Below, piece by piece: positions 25,177 through 57,499 of a stretch of 64,000 bases of DNA. Under the pieces are notes generated by a model. The model made no database searches and was not told where the DNA came from. It worked only from the letters and a program-made list of their open reading frames with translations. This stretch comes from Phyllobates terribilis (Eukaryota): contig NW_027362767.1 in the NCBI RefSeq assembly GCF_046119375.1, positions 434,248,001 through 434,312,000 of the forward strand, written 5' to 3'. The first letter of the stretch is position 1. Every line of letters starts with the position of its first letter. Both the position numbers and the translations under genes were made by a program.

Positions 25177-25429
25177 AACTTTTTTTTTTTTTTTTTTTTT
25201 GTATTTTTAACTTTATTAAATAATTTTTGTGATATGTAACGGGCAAGTTGTCTGTATTTCTGATATCACCAATTGGTTTCAGAAGACTGCGTCTGTCCTG
25301 AGATCCGCAGGTCTCTTGTTTATCTTTATTGTGCTCCCCGTTCTCTGGAGTCTGTCATTTGTAAGCGCAGTTCACACAACAAGCCCCCAGGGGTCACTTT
25401 AGAGTGTCGCAGACCAGTATCCAGACACC

Positions 25430-25740
25430 TACTGCCTACCCCCCCCCCACCCCTTATATACAGCATCCTGACACCTACTTACCTCCTCCCCCTTTATATA
25501 CAGCATCCCGACACCTACTTACCTCCTCCCCCTTTATATACAGCATCCTGACACCTACTTGCCTCCTCTCCCTTTTATATACAGCATCCCGACACCTACT
25601 TACCTCCTCCCCCTTTATATACAGCATCCTGACACCTACTTACCTCCACCCCTCCTTTTATATACAGCATCCTGACACCTACTTACCTCCTCTCCCTTTT
25701 ATATACAGCATCCTGACACCTACTTACCTCCTCCCTTAGT
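25430..25740. repeat. About 40-bp minisatellite (ATACAGCATCCTGACACCTACTTACCTCCTCCCCTTTAT)
   Basis: 7-8 imperfect copies. Confidence 0.88.
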
Positions 25741-26599
25741 GCAGTCTGTCTAGACTGCAGTAATCTCTTCCCATAGACAGTGATGATCTCCCTATGATTC
25801 ATGCTCCTGCGGCCTGTGAAAGCTCCAGCATGGCGGGAGCTCGGCTGCTTTACCTGGGGCAAAAGGAGTAATGTTCTGCCCTAAAGCTTTATCCAACAAC
25901 CTCTACCCAGGCGGCACAATGGCTTGTTAGCCTCCCCTCCCCTGACACGGCACCTGGGGTAAATGCCCCTTATCCCCAGCTACCCCTTTGCTTCACAGTG
26001 ATCCCTGGTCAGGGGCTAAATCAGTAATGGCTGATGACGTCATTACATCAGTGATGTCATCACCAGGGGGTGGGGCTGACAAGCTCTCAGTGATGTCATC
26101 ACAAGGGGGCGGGGCTGACAACCCCTCACACATGTATACAGGCTGGTTGTCAGCAGTGATGGATGAGGAGCTGGTGCTGGAGTATAAGGGGCTGGGGCTG
26201 TGTCCCTTGTCTTTTGAGAATCTATTTTGGGCAGATTAATGAAATGAAAGCTGCGCTGTGATTGGTCGGTGACTGAACAGTTGTTATAAATATTTCCCCT
26301 GTAGATTCAGACTTTATATAGAGAATATGGTGGCGGCTCCCGCGGTCACCTGCCAGGTGTGATCTCCCCTCCCTCCACACTGTAAACCCCCCGGGGGCTG
26401 CAGCAAATGCTGTGGGGGAAGGTGCATGTGGCGTTGCTGCTTTAAGTGGTGGGGCTGTGGCTTGTGGCCGCTTTAAGAGAAGGCAGATCCCAAAAGAGAG
26501 GAAGTGATAGCTTGTAACAGAGAGGAAAGAAAGAGGCAGAAAGAGACCGAGAAAGAAAGGGAGAGAGAAAGAAGGAAAGAAAGACAAAAAAGAGGGCTC

Positions 26600-26828
26600 T
26601 AGAGAGACGGCTGCGTCTATAGCTCTGCTGTACACGGGCGGAGGCTGATGAGCAGAGCCGGGCTGAGCACATAGGCGCCGGGCAGGGAGGCTCTCAGGGG
26701 CCCCGGGAGGAGGCAGCTGGTGCAGGGGCCACTTCCTGCTATGCCCAGATAGCTGAGGGGCACAGGAGAGTTAGGGTGGGGGCAGCACAGGTGAGGACAC
26801 ATTCCTACCAGGAGGCGGCGCCAGCAGC

Positions 26829-26833
<5 letters not shown>
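26600..26833 (+). promoter_or_regulatory. GC/CpG-rich VASP promoter and 5' UTR region
   Basis: CpG-rich stretch just upstream of the ATG, preceded by a GA-rich purine tract at about 26515-26600. Confidence 0.5.
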
Positions 26834-47524
<20,691 letters not shown>

Positions 47525-48439
47525 TTTCAGCAATCGCCTACTGTGAAGTCTCAGGCTCTACCCACTGTGCTGCACGGCAGACTCTGCAATCATTCCCATG
47601 CTGAGGGCAACTTGCGACCTGTGCCCCACACAGCCCTGTACTGCTGCTGGGCCCGCCGGCTCCTGGATATTCCTAACTTCTGTGCCCTCCTGAGCTACAG
47701 CTCCTGCTCTGTAGCCCCCTATTTTGTGTAGGGTCTGCTGTACTTTTCCTTGGGCTGCAGACCCCACCCTGCTCTGTGCCCCCTATCCCACTTTGCACCC
47801 TCTGCCTTCGCTGCAGCCTCTCCGTGCTCCCTTTTTCCTGAGCTGTGGCCCCGTCCCGCTCTGCACCCTCTGCCTTAGCTGCAGCCCCCTCTCTACTCTG
47901 CACCCTCTGCCTTAGCTGTGGCCACTTCGCTGCAGCCCCCTCTCTGGTGTGCCCTGCTCCCTCTGCCTTAGCTGCGGCCCCCTCTGCCTTAGATGCAGCC
48001 CCTTCCCTAAGCTGCAGCCCCCTTACAGCTCTGCACCCTCTGCCTCAGCTGCCACCCCCTTGCTGCTCTGCACCCCATTTTAACATTCCTCGCACCCTCC
48101 ATTAATCCTCCTATCTCCGCACTCTCCCGAGTGTCTCTAAACGGGTTTGCAGAGGCTCCGAGCTTCAACCAATAGGAATTTTATGGGATAATTCACGGGT
48201 TCTTTTTCATTATTTTTTTGGAATCATTTCAATTTTTGTATAAATTTTCTAGCAGAATTTGCGTCTGTATAATGGTGGCGGGTGACTGATTCCTCTCATC
48301 TGATGGTTTAGGATAATGGTGTCAGACACTGGAGAGCAGCGCTGCGCGGCGCTCGGGGGATGTCGCGCTTTGGCCTATTTTGCGCTGATATCTATATATA
48401 TATATATGGGACTTTGTTTTTGTAAACGGGTTTTCTAGA

Positions 48440-48445
48440 AATAAA
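48440..48445 (+). terminator. VASP polyadenylation signal AATAAA
   Basis: First clear AATAAA in the region before OPA3, followed by GT-rich sequence. Confidence 0.65.
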
Positions 48446-48504
48446 ATCCTTTTCCTCTTGTGTCCGTGTCCAGACAGCACTCACTCACAGCACAGAAATG
48501 TCCC

Positions 48505-48510
48505 TTTATT
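48505..48510 (-). terminator. OPA3 polyadenylation signal AATAAA
   Basis: TTTATT on the plus strand, 133 nt downstream of the OPA3 stop. Confidence 0.6.
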
Positions 48511-48642
48511 CTCTATATACACCTCCAGCTCTCGGGCGGCCCGGCCTCCGCGGATCTTCCTGCTACTGAGACGGCAAATGTCCCTCAGTTCAGTCCACGG
48601 CCGGCACCAGTCTGGCATCAGCTTCACCTCAGGTCACCGGCC

Positions 48643-48953
48643 TCACTTTGCCACCTGCTGCCTCTCTGCGGCTCGGGCGCGGGCATCCAGCTCGTCTGTA
48701 AGGAGACCCAGTCGTGCAATCTCCACCTCCATGGAGCTCAGTCTGGCCTCCATCTCTTCCTCTTTCCGGCGAGAGTTGGTGGCCTGCCGCGAGTATTCTG
48801 CTACCATGCAAGCGCCTCCGATTAAAAAGATGGTGGCTTCCCCTAGAAGCTCCGCTCCCAAGTCTGCTGCCGCCTCCTCGTTCATTGGTTTAATGGCGGC
48901 TCCGCGGAAACCCATGATCCTCATCTTAGCTCGCATCTCCACCCAATGGTACA
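48643..48953 (-). CDS. OPA3: OPA3 exon 2
   Basis: TTTGCAG acceptor, TGA at 48645-48643. Confidence 0.95.
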
Positions 48954-51900
48954 CTGCAAAGAAACCACAGGACTGTGACATACAAGCTGTAGTACACGGT
49001 GAGTCCAGCAGGAGGCAGAATATACAATAACGAGATTAGAGGCCAGTGCATGGCACCTAGCGCAGGGTCTTCTGTACCCACCCCCGTTACATTGCACTCG
49101 GAACCGTCTGTACCCACCCCGTTACATTGCGCCCTCTGTGTACACCCAGATACATTGCACCCGGTGCCCTTCGTGTACACTCTGATACACTGCACCCTTC
49201 TCCCTCTGTGTAACCACCCCCCCCCCCACATACACTGCACCAGGCGCCCTCTGTGTACCCCCCCCCCCCACATACACTGCACCAGGCGCCCTCTGTGTAC
49301 CCCCCCCCCCCACATACACTGCACCAGGCGCCCTCTGTGTACCCCCCCCCCACATACACTGCACCAGGCGCCCTCTGTGTACCCCCCCCCCACATACACT
49401 GCACCAGGCGCCCTCTGTGTACCCCCCCCCCCACATACACTGCACCAGGCGCCCTCTGTGTACCCCCCCCCCACCACATACACTGCACCAGGCGCCCTCT
49501 GTGTACCCCCCCCCCCCCCACCACATACACTGCACCAGGCGCCCTCTGTGTACCCCCCCCCCACATACACTGCACCAGGCGCCCTCTGTGTACCCCCCCC
49601 CACATACACTGCACCAGGCGCCCTCTGTGTACCCCCCCCCCACATACACTGCACCAGGCGCCCTCTGTGTACCCCCCCCCCACATACACTGCACCAGGCG
49701 CCCTCTGTGTACCCCCCCCCCACATACACTGCACCAGGCGCCCTCTGTGTACCCCCCCCCCCACATACACTGCACCAGGCGCCCTCTGTGTACCCCCCCC
49801 CCACATACACTGCACCAGGCGCCCTCTGTGTACCCCCCCCCCCACATACACTGCACCAGGCACCCTCTGTGTACCCCCCCCCCCCCCCCACATACACTGC
49901 ACCAGGCGCCCTCTGTGTACCCCCCCCCCCACATACACTGCACCAGGCGCCCTCTGTGTACCCCCCCCCCCCATACACTGCACCAGGCGCCCTCTGTGTA
50001 CCCCCCCCACATACACTGCACCAGGCGCCCTCTGTGTACCCCCCCCCACATACACTGCACCAGGCGCCCTCTGTGTACCCCCCCCCCCACATACACTGCA
50101 CCAGGCGCCCTCTGTGTACCCCCCCCCACATACACTGCACCAGGCGCCCTCTGTGTACCCCCCCCCCCCCACATACACTGCACCAGGCGCCCTCTGTGTA
50201 CCCCCCCCCACATACACTGCACCAGGCGCCCTCTGTGTACCCCCCCCCCCACATACACTGCACCAGGCGCCCTCTGTGTACCCCCCCCCCACATACACTG
50301 CACCCTTCTCCCTCTGTGTAACCACCCCCCCCCCCACATACACTGCACCAGGCGCCCTCTGTGTACCCCCCCCCCCACATACACTGCACCAGGCGCCCTC
50401 TGTGTACCCCCCCCCCACATACACTGCACCAGGCGCCCTCTGTGTACCCCCCCCCCACCACATACACTGCACCAGGCGCCCTCTGTGTACCCCCCCCCCA
50501 CATACACTGCACCAGGCGCCCTCTGTGTACCCCCCCCCACATACACTGCACCAGGCGCCCTCTGTGTACCCCCCCCCCACATACACTGCACCAGGCGCCC
50601 TCTGTGTACCCCCCCCCCACATACACTGCACCAGGCGCCCTCTGTGTACCCCCCCCCCACATACACTGCACCAGGCGCCCTCTGTGTACCCCCCCCCCCC
50701 ACATACACTGCACCAGGCGCCCTCTGTGTACCCCCCCCCCACATACACTGCACCAGGCGCCCTCTGTGTACCCCCCCCCCACATACACTGCACCAGGCAC
50801 CCTCTGTGTACCCCCCCCCCCCCACATACACTGCACCAGGCGCCCTCTGTGTACCCCCCCCCCACATACACTGCACCAGGCGCCCTCTGTGTACCCCCCC
50901 CCCCATACACTGCACCAGGCGCCCTCTGTGTACCCCCCCCACATACACTGCACCAGGCGCCCTCTGTGTACCCCCCCCCACATACACTGCACCAGGCGCC
51001 CTCTGCGTACCCCCCCCCCCCCCACATACACTGCACCAGGCGCCCTCTGTGTACCCCCCCCCACATACACTGCACCAGGCGCCCTCTGTGTACCCCCCCC
51101 CCCCCACATACACTGCACCAGGCGCCCTCTGTGTACCCCCCCCCCCACATACACTGCACCAGGCGCCCTCTGTGTACCCCCCCCCCCCACATACACTGCA
51201 CCAGGCGCCCTCTGTGTACCCCCCCCCCCCACATACACTGCACCAGGCGCCCTCTGTGTACCCCCCCCCACATACACTGCACCAGGCGCCCTCTGTGTAC
51301 CCCCCCCCACATACACTGCACCAGGCGCCCTCTGTGTACCCCCCCCCACATACACTGCACCAGGCGCCCTCTGTAGCCACCCCGTTACATGGAACCCTCT
51401 GTGTACACACAGATACACTGCACCCAGGCACCCTTTGTGTACACCCCGATACACCACCTCTGTATGTACCCCTTACAGCAATGTGGCTGTGACTATTAAG
51501 GTGGAGTGAGGGGGCAGCAATGACTAGTTAGGTTCAGGAGACGAAAATAATAAAGCTGAGAGGTTTTAATTTCTTGTATGAACGTTGCAGCAGACGGGAA
51601 GCCTCATATCATCGTATTCTCTATTGTGAGGAAAAGGCTTGAGAAGCCGTCGTACAGCTGACTGTGATATAGGGGGCAGTAGTGAAGCAGGTGTCAATTA
51701 TGAGGGCAGTGAAGCAGGAGTTATTATGGGGGGCAGCATATCTGGTATCAATATTATGAAGGCACTATCATGGGAGTAGAGTATATAGTGTCACTTATGG
51801 GGGCAGTGTTCAGGGGGTCATTATGGGGCAGTGAAGCAGTGGTCATTATTATGGGGTTAGTGTAGCGGGGGGGTCATTATTATGGGGTTAGTGTAGCGGG

Positions 51901-53632
51901 GGGGTCATTATTATGGGGGCAGTGTAGCAGGTGTTATTGTAGGGGGATCATTATTATGGGGGCAGTGTAGCAGGTGTTATTATAGGGGGATCATTATTAT
52001 GGGGGGGGTCATTATGGGGGCAGTGTAGCAGGGGGTCATTATTATGGGGGCAGTGTAGCAGGTGTTATAGGGGGATCATTATTATTTAGGCAGTGTAGCA
52101 GGTGTTATAGGGGGATCATTATGGGGGCAGTGTAGCAGGGGGTCATTATTATGAGGGCAGTGAAGCAGGTGTTATAGGGGGATCATTATTATGGGGGCAG
52201 TGTAGCAGGTGTTATTATAGGGGGATCATTATTATGAGGGCAGTGTAACAGGTGCTATTATAAGGGGATCATTATTATGGAGGCAGTGTAGCAGGTGTTA
52301 TTATGGGGGGGATCATTATGGGGGCAGTGTAGAAGGGGGATCATTATTATGGGGCAGTGTAGCAGGTGTTATTATGGGGGGATCATTATGGGGGCAGTGT
52401 AGCAGGGGTCATTATTATGAGGGCAGTGAAGCAGGTGTTATTATAGGGGGATCATTACTATGGGGGCAGTGAAGCAGGTGTTATTATAGGGGGATCATTA
52501 TTATGGGGGCAGTGTAGCAGGTGTTATTATAGGGGGATCATTATTATGGGGGGGATCATTATGGGGGCAGTGTAGCAGGGAATCATTATTATGGGGGCAG
52601 TGTAGCAGGTGTTATTATAGGGGGATCATTATAGGAGCAGTGTAGCAGGGGGTCATTATTATGGGGGCAGTGTAGCAGGGGGTCATTATTATGGTGCAGT
52701 GTAGCAGGTGTTCTTATAGGGGGATCATTATTATGGGGTATCATTAAGGGGGCAGTGTAGCAGGGGGATCATTATTATGGTGCAGTGTAGCAGGTGTTCT
52801 TATAGGGGGATCATTATAGGGGCAGTGTAGCAGGGGCTCATTATGAGGGCAGTGAAGCAGGTGTTATAGGGGGATCATTATGGGGACAGTGTAGCAGGGG
52901 GGCATTATTATGGGGGCAGTGTAGCAGGTGTTCTTATAGGGGGATTATGGGGGCAGTGTAGCAGGTGTTATGGGGGGATCATTATGGGGGCAGTGTAGCA
53001 GGGGGTCATTATTATGGGGCAGTGAAGCAGGTGTTATAGGGGGATCATTATTATGGGGGATCATTATGGGGGCAGTGTAGCAGGGGGATCATTATTATGG
53101 TGCAGTGTAGCAGGTGTTCTTATAGGGGGATCATTATGAGGGCAGTGAAGCAGGTGTTATTATAGGGGGGTCATTATGGGGACAGTGTAGCAGGGGGTCA
53201 TTATTATGGGGCAGTGAAGTAGGTGTTGTTATAGGGGGATCATTATTATGGTGCAGTGTAGCAGGTGTTCTTATAGGGGCAGTTTGTCATTATAATGGGG
53301 GCCCTATGATGTGCAGCTGTTGGTGACCCCCATATTCCTCCATGTGATCAGGGTGACCTCTCTAAGTCACACACGTGATCGCCGCTTTTAGTAGCTGCCC
53401 TGTGATTGGCTGGCGGAGGTAGTTCCCGATGTGTGATTGGTCACCTCCCTCCATGTCCCGGCAGCACAGCTGTCCCCCGGTTATAGTCACCTTGAGCGGG
53501 CGGAAGGCAGATGTAGGTGCGGAAGAATTCGCTGCGTCGGGCTCCTGCTTTGATCCGGTTGGCGAGCGGTTTACTAATCTGCCGGATCCCCAGATAGAGG
53601 AGCTTCGCGATAGGAAACGCACCCACCACCAT
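48643..53632 (-). CDS. OPA3: Optic atrophy 3 protein, 150 aa. Exons: 53632-53491 and 48953-48643
   Basis: [47 protein letters not shown]|[18 protein letters not shown]...[14 protein letters not shown]. Canonical splice sites and synteny with VASP. Confidence 0.96.
49200..51375. repeat. About 40-bp minisatellite with a variable C8-C15 run (CnACATACACTGCACCAGGCGCCCTCTGTGTA)
   Basis: About 50 copies in the OPA3 intron. Confidence 0.95.
51670..53280. repeat. Degenerate G-rich modular repeat (GGGGCAGTGTAGCAGG / GGGGGATCATTATTAT)
   Basis: Recurring modules in irregular order. Confidence 0.88.
53491..53632 (-). CDS. OPA3: OPA3 exon 1
   Basis: ATG at 53632, 142 nt, donor G|GTGACT. Confidence 0.95.
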
Positions 53633-53900
53633 CTTTAGTGACGTCACATGCCGAAGTCGCGCCTACTGTCCGTCTACCTTTACGTCTCTTCCGTGTTAGG
53701 CCCCGCCTCTTATTACTTTATCCAATCAGTGAGAAGAGCGGGAAACACAGATGGCTGGACACGTGACTCCAGTCTGAGGCGCTGTAGTGACAGTCTGCTG
53801 AGGCGGCAGAGAGGTGACTGAGGCGGCGGGTACAGGGGTGCGGCCTGCCAGTGACTGTCTTGTATTCTGTGATCGCAGGTTAAAAGAAAATGTAAAAAAT
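53633..53900 (-). promoter_or_regulatory. CpG-rich OPA3 promoter region
   Basis: CpG-rich. TGACGTCA (CRE) near 53639, GC-box GCCCCGCC near 53700 and CCAAT near 53722. Confidence 0.5.
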
Positions 53901-54914
53901 CAATCACCAGTTTTGTCCCAGTAGAGCCCACAGCCGGTGCGGGTTCCCGAGCCCTCGTGTTGCTCCACCATGGCAGTCAGAACATTATTGATCTCCGAAT
54001 GTGACGGAACAATTTCTTATTTAGTTTTTAAAGCGATTAAGAAAAAACAATACAAATTTGGTAGCGGTGAAGACACAGCAAAAGAAGGCGTCTTATCTGC
54101 GAGCGGGGGTCACAGTGCAGGTCACATTGATATTTAGTTTTGTAGGAAAAGGTTCAATAACGCTATATGTTATTCACTGAAATCTCGGGTGTCTAGATGC
54201 GTAAGGTAACGGAGTACGGGCTATCAGTTTCCGTGGGGGGCTCTGGTGATTGAGAATAGATTGTCCGAGTAGTGCATGACCCTGAGAGAATAAGACGTCA
54301 ATACTAGAACCACTAACAAAGAGCAAATTACTCCCGAAAACTGGAGAAACGAGGATGATGATTCGGGGTCAAGGCTTTCTGCGATTTTTTTTCCAACAAA
54401 ACCATAATCATTCTGCTGAGCTTCTCGCAACTGTGCTGTCCACAGCTCTGACCCCATGTACAACAGGCATAGGTGGATTATAATGAGGGCAATCTGGGCT
54501 ACCGCCCGGGCCCCAAACCTCCAGGGGGCAGCGGAGCTCCGGGGTGTCTATGGCCAGATTGCCCTCATTATATGTGCGGCGCCGCTGCTTCTTCGGCCGG
54601 GCCAGCACTGCAGCAGTTAACTTCCCTGTGCTGGCCCGGCCGCGTCACTGCTAGGAGACACGGCCCTGTGCGCGGCCGTGTCTCCCAGCTGTGACGTCAC
54701 GCAGTGTGCACCCGGCCTGCAGTGCTGCACCGGAAAAGAGCAGGAGGACTGGAGCCGAGCCGGGGGATGGTGAGTGTGTGTGTGTGTGTATGTGTGTGTG
54801 TGTGCAGGCAGATATCATTGTGTGATGTCTGTTTATATGTATTTTTGTGTTTCAAATGTGTTTATGCGTGTATGTATATGTCTGTATGTGTTTGTGTGTG
54901 CGTGACTGCGTGCG

Positions 54915-55780
54915 GCCTCCTGCTGAGTATAGATGGCGCCGTGCGGCCTCCCACTGTGTATAGATGGCGCCGTGCGGCCCCCTGCAGTGTATAGATGGCG
55001 CAGTGCGGCCTCCCACTGTGTATAGATGGCACCGTGCGGCCCCCGTGGTGTATAGATGGCGCCGTGCAGCCTCCCACTGTGTATAGATGGCATCGTGCGG
55101 CCCCCTGCTGTGTATAGATGGCGCCACGCGGCCTCCCGCTGTGTATAGATGGCTACGTGCGGCCTCCCGCTGTGTATAGATGGCTACGTACGGCCTCCCG
55201 CTGTGTATAGATGGCTACGGGCGGCCTCCCGCTGTGTATAGATGGCTACGGACGGCCTCCCGCTGTGTATAGATGGCTACGTGCGGCCTCCCGCTGTGTA
55301 TAGGTGGCGCCGTGCGGCCTCCCGCTGTGTATAGATGGTGCCGTGCGGCCTCCTGCTGTGTATAGATGGCTACGTGCGGCCTCCCGCTGTGTATAGATGG
55401 CTACGGGCGGCCTCCTGCTGTGTATAGATGGCTACGTGCGGCCTCCTGCTGTGTATAGATGGCTACGTGCGGCCTCCTGCTGTGTGTAGATGGCGCCGTG
55501 CGGCCTCCTGCTGTGTATAGATGGCGCCGTGCGGCCTCCTGCTGTGTATAGATGGCGCCGTGCGGCCTCCTGCTGTGTATAGATGGCGCCGTGCGGCCTC
55601 CTGCTGTGTATAGATGGCTATATTCGGCCTCCCGCTGTGTATAGATGGCTATGTTCGGCCTCCCGCTGTGTATAGATGGCTATGTTCGGCCTCCCGCTGT
55701 GTATAGATGGCTATGTTCGGCCTCCCGCCGTGTATAGATGGCGCCGTGTGGCCTCCCGCCGTGTATAGATGGCTACGTGT
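54915..55780. repeat. 31-bp minisatellite inside the hAT element (GTGTATAGATGGCGCCGTGCGGCCTCCCGCT)
   Basis: Clear periodicity. Confidence 0.92.
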
Positions 55781-55810
55781 GCTCAATATTGAGTCATACA
55801 ATTAATGTAA

Positions 55811-56464
55811 GGCTATGTGCCCACGATGCAGAAATGCTCCGGATTTTTTTTGAGCGTTTCTGCATCTCCCTGGCAGAAAAAACGCATGCGGGTTGTATAT
55901 GCGGGTTGTACATGTGGATTGTACATGCGGATTGTACATGCGTTTTCCTGCCAGGGACATGCGGATGTGAAGCGTTCTTCACTTGCATTTCCGCATGCGG
56001 TTGACAAGCGATTTTAGCATCACTTGGAAAGTGCTTGACAACTTGGTCACACTATATAAATCCATGCAACCGGTAAGTATAATATTTATTTTTTATTTTA
56101 TTCTTTTTTTTACAGGTTCTATGGTAGCTGGGTCCGGAGGAGAGTCTCCTGTCCTCCAGACCCGGGTACCATCTGCACATTGAAACGCATGGATTCCGCA
56201 TCTACAGATGCAGTGATGCAGATTCCATGTTTTCCAATGCATGTCAATGGCGGCGAAAACGCAGCGCTTCCGCAAAATAATTGGTAGTGCTGCGGATTTT
56301 TCCGCAATGATAATCCACAGTGGAAATTTCCGCAGCATGTACACAACACATGCGGATTATCATTGGGGAACACGGCAGACCTTCTACCAAGCGTTTTTTA
56401 AGCGTTTATGCAGCAGAATTGCCGCTGCGGAAACGCTTAAAAAACGCATAGTGGGCACACAGCC
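55811..56464. mobile_element. PIF/Harbinger-type MITE nested in the hAT element
   Basis: TIR GGCTATGTGCCCAC / GGCTGTGTGCCCAC (13 of 14 match), TAA on both flanks, internally palindromic. Confidence 0.8.
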
Positions 56465-57499
56465 TAAAAAAATTATTATAATTAATATTGTGCCAAATTA
56501 ATTTCACGTGAACTATCACATGATCTATCACAGGGGATCATGTGACATGTCACGTGATACATCAGGTGTGTGTGTGTGTGGGGGGGGCCACGCCTTCTAA
56601 ACTGCCCGGGGCCCTTGCTACTCTTAATCCAACCCTGACAACGGGACAACCTTTATTCTCAAGATACCTCATTAGATCCTCCAGAATATCCTTTACACAT
56701 TACTGTGGGAATAACTGTTTCTCGCCCAATTCTGGACAAGGGGTATCATTTATACCTCAATAATTAATAACCTTAATCATTTCTGTACCAACATAACAAA
56801 ATAAATTTGGTTTAGTCGTCATTCCTCTTTAAAACCAAGCAAAGAATTGTTTCCCATTTCTCAGTACATTATATGGTAAAATGAATGATGCCATTCAAAA
56901 CTACAACTCGTCCTACAAAAAACATGGCCTCGTAACGCTGTATAAGCGGAATAATTACAAAGAAAAGTTATGGCTTTTGGAAGAAGGGGAGGAAAAGAAA
57001 ATGAAACAAAAAAATTGAAAATCACCCAGTTTGGAAAGGGTTAAGAAGGGAAACAAACTACCAAAGTAACACATACACAGATGTATTTGGCCTCTGCATT
57101 AGAGAGTGTTTCATACAATCATTTTTACCTTTCATGTGCCTTCTGCTATTTTTTCCGTTATATTGTCTTTTCTCTTTTTTCATTATATTATTGCGCACTT
57201 GTAAATTGAAATATAGGAACACCACCACCAAAAAATAAAATCTCACTATGTATACTTCTAGATGAAAGTTTTTTTTTTTTTGTTTTGTTTTTAGCACATT
57301 TCTGTTCCTACCTTGCTGGGCAGAGACCTGTTATGGTGTGCCAGCATGCAACAGATACGCATCGATTGGGCAAAAGAAATGTACAACCAGTCCCTCAAAA
57401 AAAGAAAAAAACGTTTTTCTTTTATCCTATAACATGTTCAGCTTTTTTTAATCTCTATTTTTAAACTTGTTGCCTTTCAGTAAGAAGCCGTTTATTTTC

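Larger units (their letters stand above)
54468..56637. mobile_element. Non-autonomous hAT-type element
   Basis: Imperfect 13-bp TIR CATAGGTGGATTA / CAGGGTTGGATTA, near-identical 8-bp flanks ACAACAGG / ACAACGGG, GGGCCC-rich subtermini. Confidence 0.7.

Noticed and set aside
48926-51509. ORFs of 380-840 aa on both strands
   Set aside because: Translation of the poly-C minisatellite in the OPA3 intron.
53970-54137. Perfect Kozak CCACCATGG opening a short ORF divergent from OPA3
   Set aside because: Product is unrecognisable, with no supporting downstream exon. GPR4, the expected neighbour, was not seen in the window.
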